Positions 1 to 12,903 of a stretch of DNA of 64,000 nucleotides are shown here, piece by piece. The translations under genes were made by a program, and so were the position numbers. Origin of the DNA: Dictyostelium discoideum (lineage: Eukaryota); NCBI GenBank assembly GCA_000004695.1, contig CM000151.3:8192001-8256000 (forward strand). The letters run 5' to 3'. The notes below the pieces were generated by a model, which saw only the letters and a program-made list of their open reading frames with translations, was not told the DNA's origin and searched no databases. How positions within the stretch are numbered: the stretch's first letter is position 1; each line of letters begins with the position of its first letter.

Positions 1-1842
1 GAATTTAAAAGAAAATCATTATCATTAGCAGCACACAGAGAAACTCTTAAAACTACAATCACTGAATACATTTTTAATAATCCATCATTATATTCAATGC
101 CACCACCATTATCATTATTAAATATTCAAAAACAACAACATGGGCAACAAGGACGACAAACACAATCAACAAATAAAAGATTTAAAGTATCAGAAACTTT
201 ACATTCAAATTTAAATAATAAAAAAAAAAAAAAAAATAACTATAATGATAATGATGATGATGATGAAGAAATAAAGTATGAATATATTGAATTTGAAGAA
301 TTTATAAAATTAAAATCAACCAATTTATTAAAATCATTTATGGAATTAGATATAGTAGTTTTAAGTGAAACTAAACCAAATTTTAATTCATTTCTCAAAA
401 TGTATCATACATATGAAAGATTACAGGTTGGTATTAAAATTATTCTAAAGTATGGAAATACAATTTCAGATATAAAAAAAAGAGAAGAAATTTTAAAAGA
501 AATCAATAAAATTGATAGAAATAATAAAAGAGGTTTTAATAAATTAAAAGAATTGAGAAAATTAGTAGCAATAGAATTCCCAAATCAAACAAACTTTTAT
601 TTCTATTATTGGAAAGCATATCGTGAGAATATTAAAAAACTTGGTAAAGTTCCTAAAAAATCAGGTTATCCAGGTAATATACAAATGTTTGGACACCCTC
701 TTTTACAAGATGAATTAGTCAATAATCAAATCAATACTCAAGGAGGTGATGGAAATATAGAACAAGTAGAATTATTATCATATATTACATATTCAGATAA
801 TGAAAGTGATAATGAAGTTGAAGAAGAAGAAGAAGAAGACATAATAAATGAAAAGGAATTATTTAATTTATCTAATAGACTTAGAAAAGCAACTATTTTT
901 GATATATCCAATAGGTATTCAGATTTACTCAATTCATATTTAAAAGCAATTAAAGAATGTAATATTGAAAAGCTAGAAGAGATTGATACAAATAATCCAA
1001 TGTTTAAATTAGATGTTTCAAAATATCATTGTTTTCAATTACCAAATGAAAAAGAAGATATAATGAAAATTTGGTATTACTTTAATAAACACTCCTTTAA
1101 ACAAATGATACCAAATTATGATATTCTCATTGAATTCCTTTCAAGTGTAACTAATATTATTCCACCTTTTGAATTGAAAATATCTAATATTAAAGACCCA
1201 CTATTTGGAAAGCTTGGAACATTTCTAACACATCAATTATATAAAAAGAATTTTAATGTAATTGAATTATTATTAAATAGTTTTGATAATTTTAGTTTTA
1301 CACATCAACCAGAACAAATATCAGCCATTATAGATAAAGAGAGAGTTTTATTTCATATTAATGGTGAATTACCCCAAGTTGATAAAAAGTTTAGTTTTCA
1401 AATAATTAGAATAATTGAATTGATAATGGACAAGTTTAATAAACTCACTAAAGATCAAAATGGTTTTGAAAATATTTCGACAACATATCGTCTCATTTTA
1501 AATAATTTATATGATCAATTACTTAAAGTTAAAGGTTTAACAATCGATCAATTAGAATATGTTAGATCAATTATTCCTCAACAATTATTTAATAATAATA
1601 GTTTTGAAACCTATCGTATCTTTTTCTATCTTAATATCAGATCTTCAAAATTAACAAAATACATAATTGAAAGACCTGGAATTCCAGATTTTATTCAAAA
1701 TTCAACTGAACTCCTTTATAATCATTTCTACGATACTATTGGACCAATTTCAAATGAAATTATTGGTTTCGATTTAAGAAAATATTTGAATTATGATTTA
1801 TTCACATATGATTATATATTAGGTAGAGAATCAAATCAATAC

Positions 1843-1907
<65 letters not shown>

Positions 1908-3405
1908 TAGAGGTAGTGGTAGTAGTGGTGGTGATGATGATAGCAATTACAATAATAAGAAATACATAACTCAATTCGATACAATATTAAAAGAATTAAT
2001 TAAACAATTATCATTCAATATTTGTACAAACGTTAGTAATAGAGATGAAATTGTTGATGGTAAAGATTTCTTTAATCATTCATTAAATGAAGATTTAAAA
2101 TTCAGTTTAGATATTGGTAGAAAAGATTTATTTTGGGAATTATTAGATTGGATTCAACAATATATGATTAAAAATGAAAATTTAATGAAGCATCGAGTTT
2201 ATCAATTTAATTCACCATATGAATCATTATTACCAACTGGTACAATATTTTCAAATGTAAAAATAATAAAAAAAGAATTACCATCACCATCAACAACAAC
2301 AATTGAAAGCACTTTTTTAAAAATTGATAATTTTGAAAAACCAATACCAAATGAATCAACGATTAAAGTTAATTGGAATTCAGATAAATTAATTCAACCA
2401 TTCAAACCAATTTCAAAACTAATAAATTCATTTAAATATTCAGAGGAAGTTATGGATTCAATTTGTAAAGTAATGAATGTAAATGAAATTCAAAGATTTA
2501 TTCAATATAATTTCTTTGTATCGTTTTTTCAAAATGAAATTTATTCATTTTCATTATTTTATAGTAGAGAAGATTTAATATTATTCCTATTAAATAATTA
2601 TAATATTGATATTGATCTTCATTTCCCATTATTCAAACCAGATAGAGGACATTCACAATATTTAGAATGTAAATTCATCTTTGAAAATCATTTTGAAAAA
2701 GTAAAGAATATTTCAAAATTAAATTTAAAACAAAAATGGTTCGAGCTTCGTTGTTTACAATTCCCATTGGTTTTATTAAATTCTTTTTTTAAATACATTT
2801 GTAAAGAAAAGAATATCACAAGATATAATCAATTCATTCAAAATGATAATTTACAAATTAGAAAACAAGTAATTAAAAAAACAATTGAAATATTAATTGA
2901 TCAATTCTTATCAAGTACAGATAATAATGATGATGATGAAGATGAAGATGAAGATGAAGATCCTAATCAGAATTTTGCATATATATTAAAAAATCAAAAT
3001 CATAAAGTTTTACTCATTCAATCAATTATTGAACAATCAGATACTCAATTATACTTTAAATCAGCTTTAGATCAAATTTTATTGAGAATAGAAGAGAAAA
3101 GTTATGAAATTAATTCTCCATTCAATGAAAATCTTGAAAATCCATTTTTAGAATCTTTTATTTATGGGGATATTAAAACTTGTAATATCATTCTCAAGTA
3201 TTATCCAAATCAATTCAAAATCACAAAAGATTCAATCACTAAAACATTGGAAAAGGAAAAAATTAATATTATTAAATATTATTATAAAGTTGAAAATTGT
3301 AAAAATTTAATTAATAATTTTAAAAATGATAATAATTTATTAAAACATTTAAAAAATGAATTATTAAATCATCCAATGTATAAATATCATTTAACTTGGT
3401 TATAA
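1..3405 (+). CDS. Tandem-family large protein, copy 1 (5'-partial at window edge). Frame 1 is open from base 1 (EFKRKSLSLAAHRETLK...); the first in-frame ATG reported by the track is at 97; stop TAA at 3403-3405. C-terminus ...HPMYKYHLTWL.
   Basis: Uninterrupted ORF of >1100 codons in a stop-rich AT genome. Collinear paralogy with the full-length copies, including the same poly-N, poly-S and acidic tracts. Base 1 onward matches the mid-gene sequence of the other copies. Confidence 0.8.
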
Positions 3406-3599
3406 AAAAAAATAAAAAACAATTAAAAAAACAATTAAATAAAAAAAAAAAAAAAAAAAACAAAATATAACGTATATTTTGATTTGTTTCCCATTATATA
3501 ATAATACCAACAACAACCAACAATAATAATTAATAAAAATTTATATTATTGTTCACTAAAAGTTAAATTGTTTATTTTTTTTGCTTTTTAGTTTTTGTG

Positions 3600-3935
3600 A
3601 TAGATACTGTAACTGATAACTGGTAGAGTTCCGGTGTTTCATGTGTATCGGTAGTGGTAACGGATACAAAAGTGGTAGTTATTCATCGTCACTCTCATCA
3701 TTTTCTTCTTCTTTGGATTCACTTTCTCCTTCTGAATCTGTTAGCCCAGTTGTTTCAATTTCTACATCCACACCCCTTGGCACGTCACATTATCTGTACG
3801 AGTCTATTTATCTCGGGGAATCTATCCTGGTCAAATAATTTATCATCGTATAAGAAGGGGCCAAGTTTTTTAAGGTTTTCTACTGAAAAGCAGTCGTGTC
3901 CGCATCCACCCACTTTTCTCAACATGATTTTTGTG
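3600..3935 (-). other. GC-richer island between copy 1 and the truncated pseudogene copy 2. The minus strand reads a peptide with an acidic tail (...GVDVEIETTGLTDSEGESESKEEENDESDDE*) and a second piece, MLRKVGGCGHDCFSVENLKKLGPFLYDDKLFDQDRFPEINRLVQIM. Possibly a gene or element fragment.
   Basis: Base composition departs sharply from the surrounding roughly 80% AT. Minus-strand reading frames give non-low-complexity peptides. No clean intron boundaries could be reconstructed. Confidence 0.25.
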
Positions 3936-4254
3936 TTTGAGGTGTGTAAAAATAAAAAAATAAAAAATAAATTAAAATAAAAAATAAATTAAAAAAATAA
4001 AAAATAAATTTATCAAAAGATACCGAAGTTAAAAAGAATCTTCTGTCAGTTTTTGGGGTGGTATCTATCCAGATTCCAATGGTGATTATCATTAACCACA
4101 ATTAATTATCGTTAAAAAAGTGATATTTTATTTTATTTTATTTTTTTCCACCCAATTAAATAACTTTTTTTTTGATCAAAGAAAAAATGATAATTTGGTT
4201 CATTTATTTTTTTATTTTTTTATTTTTTTATTTTTTCAAAAATTTTTGGGTGGC

Positions 4255-6614
4255 AAAAATAAAATTTCAATTACCAAATGAAAAAGAAGATATAATTAAA
4301 ATTTGGGAATACTTTAATAAACACTCCTTTAAACAAATGATACCAAATTATGATATTCTCATTGAATTCCTTTCAAGTGTAACAAATATTATTCCACCTT
4401 TAGAATTGAAAATATCTAATATTAAAGAGCCACTATCTGGAAAACTTGGAACAATTCTATTAATGCAATTATATAAAAAGAATTTAAATGTAATTGAATT
4501 ATTATTAAAAAGTTTTGATAATTTTAATTTTATACATCAACCAGAACAAATGTCAGCTATTGTAGATAAAGAGAGAAATTTATTTCATATTTCTGGCGAA
4601 TTATTCCAAGTTGATAAAAAGTTTAGTTTTCAAATAATCAGAATAATTAAATTGATAATGGACAAGTTTAATAAACTCACTAAAGATCAAATCAATATTG
4701 AAAATATTTCAACAACAACATATCGCCTCTTTTTAAATTATTTATATGATCAATTACTTAGAGTTAAAGGTTTGACAATTGATCAATTAGAATATGTTAG
4801 ATCAATTATTCCTGAACAATTATTAAATAATAATTTTGAAACCTATCGTATCTTTTTCTATCTTAATATCAGATCTTCAAAATTATCAAATTACCTAATC
4901 AAAAGACCTGGAATTACATATTTTATTCGAAATTCAACTGAACTCCTTTATAATAATTTCTACAATACTGCTGAACCAATTACAGATGAAATTATTGGTT
5001 TTGATTTAAGAAAATATTTAAATTTTGAATTATTCACATATGATTATATATTAGGTAGAGAATTAAATCAATATAATAATAGTGGTTGTAGTGGTTGTAG
5101 TGGTTGTAGTAGTAGTAGTAGTAGTAGCAGTAGTAGTGGCGGTGATGATGGTAGAAAAAATAATAAAAAGTATATAACTCAATTCGATACAATATTAAAA
5201 GAATTAATTAAACAATTATCATTCAATATTTGTACCAACTTTAGTGATAGAGATGAAATTGTTTATGGTAAAGATTTCTTTAATCATTCATTAAATGCAG
5301 ATTTTAAATTCAGTTTAGATATTGGTAGAAAAGATTTATTTTGGGAATTATTGATTGGATTCAACAATATATGATTAAAAATGAAAATTTAATGAAACTT
5401 CAAGTTTATCAATTCAATTCACCATATGAATCATTATTACCAACTGGTACAATATTTTCAAATGTAAAAATAATAAAAAAAGAATTACCATCACCATCAA
5501 CAACAACAACAACAATTGAAAGAACTTTTTTAAAAATTGATAATTTTGAAAAACCAATACCTAATAAATCAACGATTAAAGTTAATTGGAATTCAGATAA
5601 ATTAATTCAACTATTCAAACCAATTTCAAAACTTATAAATTCATTTAAATATTCAGATGGTGTTATGGAATCAATTTGTAGAGTAATGAATGTAAATGAA
5701 ATTCAAAGATTTATTCAATATAATTTCTGTGAATCATTTTTTCAAAATGAAATTTATACATATTCAGTATTTTTTAGTAGAGATGATTTAATGTCATTCC
5801 TATTAAATAATTTTAATATTGATATTGATCTTCATTTCCCATCATTTGAACCAAATAGAGGATATTCACAATATTTAGAATGAAAATTCATCTTTGAAAA
5901 TCATTTTGAAAAAGTAAAGAATATTTCAAAAATTAATAACAACCAAAAACAGTTCAAAAGTCGTTGTTTACAATTCCCATTGGTTTTATTAAATTCTTTT
6001 TCTAAATACATTTGTAAAGAAAAGAATATCACAAGATATAATCAATTCATTCAAAATGATAATTTACAAATTAGAAAACAAGTAATTAAAAAAACAATTG
6101 AAATATTAATTGATCAATTCTTATTAAGTGCAGATAATAATGATTATTATGATGATTACGATGATGATGATCAGAATTTTGCATCTATATTAAAAAATAA
6201 AAAACATAAAGTTTCACTCATTCAATCAATTATTGAACAATCCGATACTCAACTATACTTTAAATCAGCTTTAGATCAAATTTTAACGATAGTAGAAGAG
6301 AAAAGAAAATTTATGAAATTAATTCTCCATTCAATGAAAATCCTAGAAATCCATTCTTACAATCTTTTATTTTTGGTGATATTAAAACTTGTAATATCAT
6401 TCTTAAATATTATCCAAATCAATTCAAAATCACTAAAGATTCAATCACTGAAACATTAAAAATGGAAAATATTAATATTATTAAATATTTTTATAAAGTT
6501 GAAAATTGTAAAAATTTAATTAATAATTTTAAAAATGATAATAATTTATTAAAACATTTAAAAAACGAATTGTCAAAACATCCAATGTATAAATATCATT
6601 TAACTTGGTTATAA
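4255..6614 (+). pseudogene. Family copy 2, pseudogene. It lacks the N-terminal ~600 codons: homology starts at FQLPNEKEDIIKIW. There are at least 2 frameshifts (ORF pieces 4172-5374, 5341-5883, 5980-6459) and an in-frame stop after ...YSQYLE; it ends in HPMYKYHLTWL*.
   Basis: Collinear protein similarity to the intact copies, broken across three reading frames. The upstream part of the first ORF (MIKEKMIIWFIYFF...) is non-homologous filler. Confidence 0.8.
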
Positions 6615-6673
6615 AAAAAAATAATAAAAACAATTAAAATAACAATTAAATAAAAATAGTCCTATTTGTTTAG

Positions 6674-6704
<31 letters not shown>

Positions 6705-6850
6705 TATATTGTAAAAACACTAGTGTTTAAAAGTTAATTTTATAGGTCAATTTTTTTTTTTTTAATTTTATTTTTTATTTTTTATTTTCATTTTTTTTTT
6801 TTTTTTTTCTAATTTTTCATTTTCATTTTTATTATTTTTTTTTTTTTAAA

Positions 6851-9800
6851 ATGAGTGATAAAACAGAAATATTATTTTGGAAAGTTTTTAAAAATCAATA
6901 TTTATTCAACAAGATATTTAATCAAATTCACAACAATGAATGGATTGAATATGATGAACCAAATAAATATAATGTTTACAATAGATGTAAATTTGGAGAC
7001 ACTCACTCTTTGGTAATAATGATAAAAAATGATCTACTCCCATTAATTAAAGATAAAATCAAACATGGTGATCATATAGAAATTAATACTTTTTCAATAA
7101 AAGATCTTTTCTCAAAATTATCAACAGACCCATTAATTGATAATAAAAATAAAAATAAAAATAAATATAAAGATGAAGATTATTTAGAAATTATTGAATT
7201 ATTAATGAAAAATAGAAGAGATGATTTTGAAATTACTGATTTAATATGTATAGCAGCAGCCACTCGTTCTCCAGATGTTATTAGATTATTAGTTAATGAA
7301 CCATATTCAGTTGTAATTTATCCAAAAATATTTGAATTTGCAATTATGTATTCAAATTTAGCAACAATCAAAGAACTAATAAATTTAGAATCAATAAATT
7401 TTAAAAACTATGGTATTAAATTAATCAGTGAAGAATTTAAAAGAAAATCATTATCATTAGCAGTACATAGAACAACTCTTAAAACTACAATCACTGAATA
7501 CATTTTTAATAACCCATCATTATATTCAATACCACCACCATTATCATTATTAAATAATCAACAAAAACAAGAGCAACAAACACAATCAACAAATAAAAAA
7601 TTAAAAACATTTGAAACTTTACATCCAAATTTAAAAAATAACAGCAATAATAATAATAATAATGATAATGAAGAAATAAAGTACGAATATATTAAATTTA
7701 AAGATTTTATAAAATTAAAATCAAGTAATTTATTAAAATCATTTATGAAATTAGATATAGTAGTTTTAAGTGAAACTAAAACAAATTTTAATTCATTTCT
7801 TAAAATGTATCATCCATATGAAAGATTACAAGTTGGTATTAAAATTATTCTAAAGTATGATAATACAATTTCAGATATAAAAAAAAGAGAAGAAATTTTA
7901 GAAGAAATCAATAAAATTGATAGAAGTAATGAAACAGGTTTTAATAAATTAAAAGAATTGAGAAAATTAGTAGCAATAGAATTCCCAAATCAAATAAACT
8001 TTTATTTCTTTTATTGGAAAGCATATCGTGAGAAAATTAAAAAACTTGGTAAAGTTCCTTATAAATCAGGTTCTCATATTAATACACAAACTTTTGGACA
8101 CCTTCTTTTACAAGATGAATTAACCAATTATCAAACCAATACTCAAAAAGGTGATAAAAATATAGAACAAGTAGAATTATTATCATATATTACATATTCA
8201 GATAGTGAAAGTGAAAATGAAGTCGAAGAAGACACAATAATTGAAAAGGAATTATCTAATTTCTCTAATAGATTTAGAAATGCAACAGTTTTTGATATAT
8301 CAAATAGGTATTCAAATTTACTCAATTCATATTTAAAAGCAATTAAAGAATGTAATATTGAAAAATTAGAAAGGATTGATACAAATAATCCAATGTTTAA
8401 ATTAGATGTTTCAAAATATCATTGTTTTCAATTACCAAATGAAAAAGAAGATATAATGAAAATTTGGGAATACTTTAATAAACACTCCTTTAAACAAATG
8501 ATACCAAATTATGATATTCTCATTGAATTCCTTTCAAGTGTAACAAATATTATTCCACCTTTTGAATTGAAAATTTCAAATATTAAAGAGCCACTATCTG
8601 GTAAACTTGGAACAATTCTATTATGGCAATTATATAAAAAGAATTTTAATATAACGGAATTATTATTAAATAGTTTTGATAATTTTAATTTTATATATCA
8701 ACCAGAACAAATGTCAGCCATGGTAGATAAAGAGAGAGTTTTATTTCTTCGTAATGGTGAATTATTCCAAATTGATAAAAAGTTTAGTTTTCAAATAATC
8801 AGAATAATTAAATTGGTAATGGACAAGTTTAATAAACTCACTAAAGATCAAATCAATATTGAAAATATTTCAACAACAACATATCGTCTCATTTTAAATA
8901 ATTTATACGATCAATTACTTAGAGTTAAAGGTTTAACAATCGATCAATTAGAATATGTTAGATCAATTATTCCTGAACAATTATTTAATAATAATAGTTT
9001 TGAAACCTATCGTATCTTTTTCTATCTTAATATCAGATCTTCAAAATTAACAAATTACATAACCAAGAGACCTGGAATTACAAGTTTTATTGATAATTCA
9101 ATTGCATTCTCTAATCATTTCTACAATAGTACTGAACCAGTTACAAATGAAATTATTGGTTTTGATTTAAGAAAATATTTAAATTTTGAATTATTCACAT
9201 ATGATTATATATTAGGTAGAGAATCAAATCGATATAGTAGTGGTTTTAGTGGTGGTGGTAGTAGTAGTGGTTATGATGATGGTAGCAAAAATAATAATAA
9301 AAAGTACATAACTCAAGTAGATACAATATTAAAAGAATTAATTAAACAATTATCATTCAATATTTGTACAAACGTTAATAATAGAGATAATATTGTTAAG
9401 GGTGATGATTTCTTTAAACATTCATTAAATGCAGATTTAAGATTCAGTTTAGATATTGGTAGAAAAGATTTATTTTGGGAATTATTAGATTGGATTCAAC
9501 AATATATGATTAAAAATGAAAACTTAATGAAACTTCAAGTTTATCAATTTAATTCACCATATGAATCATTATTACCAACTGGTACAATATTTTCAAATGT
9601 AAAAATAATAAAAAAAGAATTACCATCACCACCAAAAGCAGCAACAGAAACAATAACAACAATTGAAAGTACTTTTTTAAAAATTGATAATTTTGAAAAA
9701 CCAATACCAAATGAATCATCAGTTAAAATCGATTGGAATTCAGATAAATTAATTGAAGCATTCAAACCAGTTTCAAAACTAATAAATTCATTTAAATATT

Positions 9801-10750
9801 CAGATGAAGTTATGGGTTCAGTTTGTAAAGTAATGAATGTAAATGAAATTCAAAGATTTATTCAATATAATTTCTTTGAATCATTTTTTCAAAATGCAAT
9901 TTATAAATATTCAGTATTTTTTAGTAGAGATGATTTAATGTCATTCCTATTAAATAATTATAATATTGATGTTGATTTCCCATTATCCAAACCAGATAGA
10001 CAATATTCACAATATTTAGAATGTAAATCCATCTTTGAAAATCATTTTGAAAAAGTAAAGAATATTTCAAAATTAAAACAGTTCAACAGTCCTTATTTAC
10101 AATTCCCATTTGTTTTTTTAGATTCTTTTTTTAAATACATTTGTAAAGAAAATAATATCACAACATATAATCAATTCGTTCAAAATTATAATTTACAAAT
10201 TAGAAAACAAATAATTAAAGAAACAATTGAAATACTAATTGGTAGATTCTTATCAGATACAAATGATGATGATGATAATGATGATTATGATGATGAAGAC
10301 CCTAATCAGAATTTTGCATTTATATTAAAAAATCAAAAATATAAAGTTTTACTCATTCAATTAATTATTGAACAATCAGATACTCAATTATACTTTAAAT
10401 CAGCTTTAGATCAAGTTTTATTAAAATTAAAAGAAGATAGAAAAAATTATGAAATTAATTCTCCATTCATTGAAAATCTTGAAAATCCATTCTTACAAGC
10501 TTTTATTAATGGTGATATTAAAACTTGTAATATCATTCTTAAATATTATCCAAATCAATTCAAAATAACAAAAGATTCAATCACTGAAACATTAAAAATG
10601 GAAAAAATTCATATTATTAAATATTTTTATAAAGTTGATAATTGTAAAAATTTAATTAATAATTTTGAAAATGATAATAATTTATTAAAACATTTAAAAA
10701 ATGAATTATCAAAACATCTAGTTTATAAATATCATTTAACTTGGTTATAA
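6851..10750 (+). CDS. Family copy 3, intact, 1299 aa (MSDKTEILFWKVFKNQYLF ... HLVYKYHLTWL*).
   Basis: Single 3.9 kb ORF beginning at an ATG that aligns with the MSDKTEIL starts of the other copies. Upstream is a poly-A/T-rich promoter-like region. Confidence 0.85.
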   Translation: MSDKTEILFWKVFKNQYLFNKIFNQIHNNEWIEYDEPNKYNVYNRCKFGDTHSLVIMIKNDLLPLIKDKIKHGDHIEINTFSIKDLFSKLSTDPLIDNKNKNKNKYKDEDYLEIIELLMKNRRDDFEITDLICIAAATRSPDVIRLLVNEPYSVVIYPKIFEFAIMYSNLATIKELINLESINFKNYGIKLISEEFKRKSLSLAVHRTTLKTTITEYIFNNPSLYSIPPPLSLLNNQQKQEQQTQSTNKKLKTFETLHPNLKNNSNNNNNNDNEEIKYEYIKFKDFIKLKSSNLLKSFMKLDIVVLSETKTNFNSFLKMYHPYERLQVGIKIILKYDNTISDIKKREEILEEINKIDRSNETGFNKLKELRKLVAIEFPNQINFYFFYWKAYREKIKKLGKVPYKSGSHINTQTFGHLLLQDELTNYQTNTQKGDKNIEQVELLSYITYSDSESENEVEEDTIIEKELSNFSNRFRNATVFDISNRYSNLLNSYLKAIKECNIEKLERIDTNNPMFKLDVSKYHCFQLPNEKEDIMKIWEYFNKHSFKQMIPNYDILIEFLSSVTNIIPPFELKISNIKEPLSGKLGTILLWQLYKKNFNITELLLNSFDNFNFIYQPEQMSAMVDKERVLFLRNGELFQIDKKFSFQIIRIIKLVMDKFNKLTKDQINIENISTTTYRLILNNLYDQLLRVKGLTIDQLEYVRSIIPEQLFNNNSFETYRIFFYLNIRSSKLTNYITKRPGITSFIDNSIAFSNHFYNSTEPVTNEIIGFDLRKYLNFELFTYDYILGRESNRYSSGFSGGGSSSGYDDGSKNNNKKYITQVDTILKELIKQLSFNICTNVNNRDNIVKGDDFFKHSLNADLRFSLDIGRKDLFWELLDWIQQYMIKNENLMKLQVYQFNSPYESLLPTGTIFSNVKIIKKELPSPPKAATETITTIESTFLKIDNFEKPIPNESSVKIDWNSDKLIEAFKPVSKLINSFKYSDEVMGSVCKVMNVNEIQRFIQYNFFESFFQNAIYKYSVFFSRDDLMSFLLNNYNIDVDFPLSKPDRQYSQYLECKSIFENHFEKVKNISKLKQFNSPYLQFPFVFLDSFFKYICKENNITTYNQFVQNYNLQIRKQIIKETIEILIGRFLSDTNDDDDNDDYDDEDPNQNFAFILKNQKYKVLLIQLIIEQSDTQLYFKSALDQVLLKLKEDRKNYEINSPFIENLENPFLQAFINGDIKTCNIILKYYPNQFKITKDSITETLKMEKIHIIKYFYKVDNCKNLINNFENDNNLLKHLKNELSKHLVYKYHLTWL

Positions 10751-10751
10751 A

Positions 10752-10812
10752 TAAAAATAATAAAAACAAATAAAAACAAATAAAAATAAATAAAAACAAA
10801 TAAAAAAACAAA
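10752..10812 (+). terminator. (AAATAAAAAC)n-like reiterated AATAAA motifs immediately 3' of the stop. A similar array lies at 16120-16185 after copy 4. Putative polyadenylation signal cluster.
   Basis: Tandem aaataaaaacaaataaaaacaaataaaaat directly after the TAA of two different copies. AATAAA is the canonical poly(A) signal. Confidence 0.3.
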
Positions 10813-11386
10813 TAAAAGATTGTGATAATTTTAATCTTGAATAATCCTAAATTAGAATTTTTTAATTTTTTGAAATTATATTTTAATATGATTATATTAT
10901 TGATAGCTAAATAATTATTTTAAATTTGTTAATCTGAAGAACCTAAAACCGATGGTGCCATTTAACCTTGGCCAAATTCATGATTACGGAGTGCTAAAAC
11001 CTGTGCTTCACCTAATGCGCCCCCCAGTTATTTGCAATGCATGGTAACCTAATTGGAATGCCTATAACTTGATAATGCATCCACCACTTTATTAACACCA
11101 ACATAACTACATTGATTGATTATTGGATCCAATAACTGTTATAACTGATGAAGCTAAAATGAAATTAATTATTTTCCAATTAGGTTTAATCGTAAATAGT
11201 AACAAAGTATCTGGGGATATTGTTATCTTTTTCTTTTGAACATACTGTTACAAATGAATCCTTTTGATGCACACCACTTTCACCATCAATACCTTCGAAA
11301 TTTAAATTATTATTTTCAATTAAATAAAAAATAGCTAACCTTGGACCAAATAAATTAATTAATTGTTTTTCACAATTTTCATTATT

Positions 11387-11417
<31 letters not shown>

Positions 11418-11481
11418 TTATTTTTATTATTATTTTGATAAATTAAATTTGAAATTAATTTTAAAAATTTCTCTATATTTT

Positions 11482-11745
11482 TTAAAGTGAATAAAACATT
11501 TTTTTTAATTTGATTATAAATGTTGGTGCAACTCTAGTTATAATATTTGAAAATTCACAACCAATCTCTGCATTATTAATATCGTCTGTGTGATTAATTA
11601 TTTCTGTGTGATAATAATCTACAATATATTTCATTTTTTCAAAAGTATATTTGAATAATCTTTGAAGTCTTGAATCTTTACTACCACTACTACCACTACT
11701 ACTTTCAATATTGGTAATGCTATTAGTCATGATTTTCAAGTTCAA
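11482..11745 (-). CDS. Candidate non-family small gene on the minus strand (MTNSITNIESSSGSSGSKDSRLQRLFKYTFEKMKYIVDYYHTEIINHTDDINNAEIGCEFSNIITRVAPTFIIKLKKMFYSL*). Further minus-strand coding-like sequence continues downstream to about 11170 (...NCEKQLINLFGPRLAIFYLIENNNLNFEGIDGESGVHQKDSFVTVCSKEKDNNIPRY...), possibly as a second exon.
   Basis: An 87-codon ORF starting at an ATG in a compositionally distinct, less AT-rich segment (10920-11750). The downstream open frame is separated by an AT-rich stretch that could be an intron or a frameshift. Confidence 0.3.
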   Translation of the reverse strand: MNLKIMTNSITNIESSSGSSGSKDSRLQRLFKYTFEKMKYIVDYYHTEIINHTDDINNAEIGCEFSNIITRVAPTFIIKLKKMFYSL

Positions 11746-12054
11746 ACACTGTTTTTATTAATTTCCATGCATATCTTCAATTTTTTTTTTAAATTTTACA
11801 TTTTTATTATTATTATTTTTACAAAAACAACAAGAACAAAAAACCCACAACAAAACATTTAGATTTTTTCGTCCCATATTTTTTGGCTTCTGTTTGTTGG
11901 TTTTTTTTTAGTTTTTTCATTTTTTTTAAATTTTATTGATGCATCTTTTATTTTTTTTTTTTTTTTACGCCAAAAAATAAAAAAAAATTCATGGGTGTTT
12001 ACAAACACTTTTTTACCTTTTTTAATTTTACATTTCTATATCCTTTTTTTTACT

Positions 12055-12822
12055 ATGTGTGATAAAACAGAAATATTATTTTGGAAGGTTTTTAAAAATC
12101 AATATTTATTCAGAGAGATATTTAATCAAATTCACAACAATCAATGGATTGAATATGATAAACCAAATAAATATAATGTTTACAATAGATGTAAATTTGG
12201 AGACACTCACTCTTTAAAAATAATGATAGAAAATGATCTACTCCCATTAATTAAAGATAAAATCAAACATGGTGATCATATAGAAATTACTTATCATTCA
12301 ATAAAAGATCTTTTCACAAAATTATCAACAGAAACATTTTATAAAAATTATAATGAAAATAATAAATATAAAGATGAAGATTATTTAGAAATTATTGAAT
12401 TACTAATGAAACATAGAAGAGATGAATTTGAAATTTATGATTTAATAAATTTAGCAGCAGTCACTGGTTCTCCAGATGTTATTAGATTATTAGTTAATGA
12501 ACCATATTCAGTTGTAATTTATCCACAAACATTTGAATTTGCATTTGTGGTTTCAAGTTTAGAAACAATCAAAGAACTAGTAAATTTAGAATCAACAAAT
12601 TTTAAAAATTATGGTATTAAATTAACTAGTGAACAATTTAAAAGAAGAATATTATCATTTGTAACTCAAAGATTATATCTTAAAACTTCAATCACTGAAT
12701 TCGTTTTTAATAATCCATCATTATATTCAATACCACCACCATTATCATTAGTAAATAATCAAAAACAAGGACAACAAACACAATCAACAAATAAAAGATT
12801 AAAAACTTTAGATTCAAATTTA

Positions 12823-12903
<81 letters not shown>

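Noticed and set aside
738-932. Conserved antisense ORF MSKSEYLLDISKIVAFL... recurring opposite each gene copy (also 8143-8325, 13437-13622, 19789-19992, 24110-24307).
   Set aside because: It recurs only because the sense gene is conserved. The ORFs are short, lack their own start context, and overlap the well-supported sense CDS.
9544-9765. Antisense ORF MNGSINLSEFQ... recurring in every copy (14910-15116, 25592-25837, 33568-33840, 39326-39529, 45559-45840, 50447-50701, 54011-54277).
   Set aside because: Same reasoning: a shadow of the conserved sense sequence, not independent genes.
11995-12054. Upstream extensions of the track ORFs using GTG/TTG or poly-K starts (11995, 22539, 36630, 55399, 4172).
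   Set aside because: In each case an ATG further in aligns exactly with the conserved MSDKTEIL / MEILEIL start of the paralogs. The extensions are unconserved A/T-rich leader.
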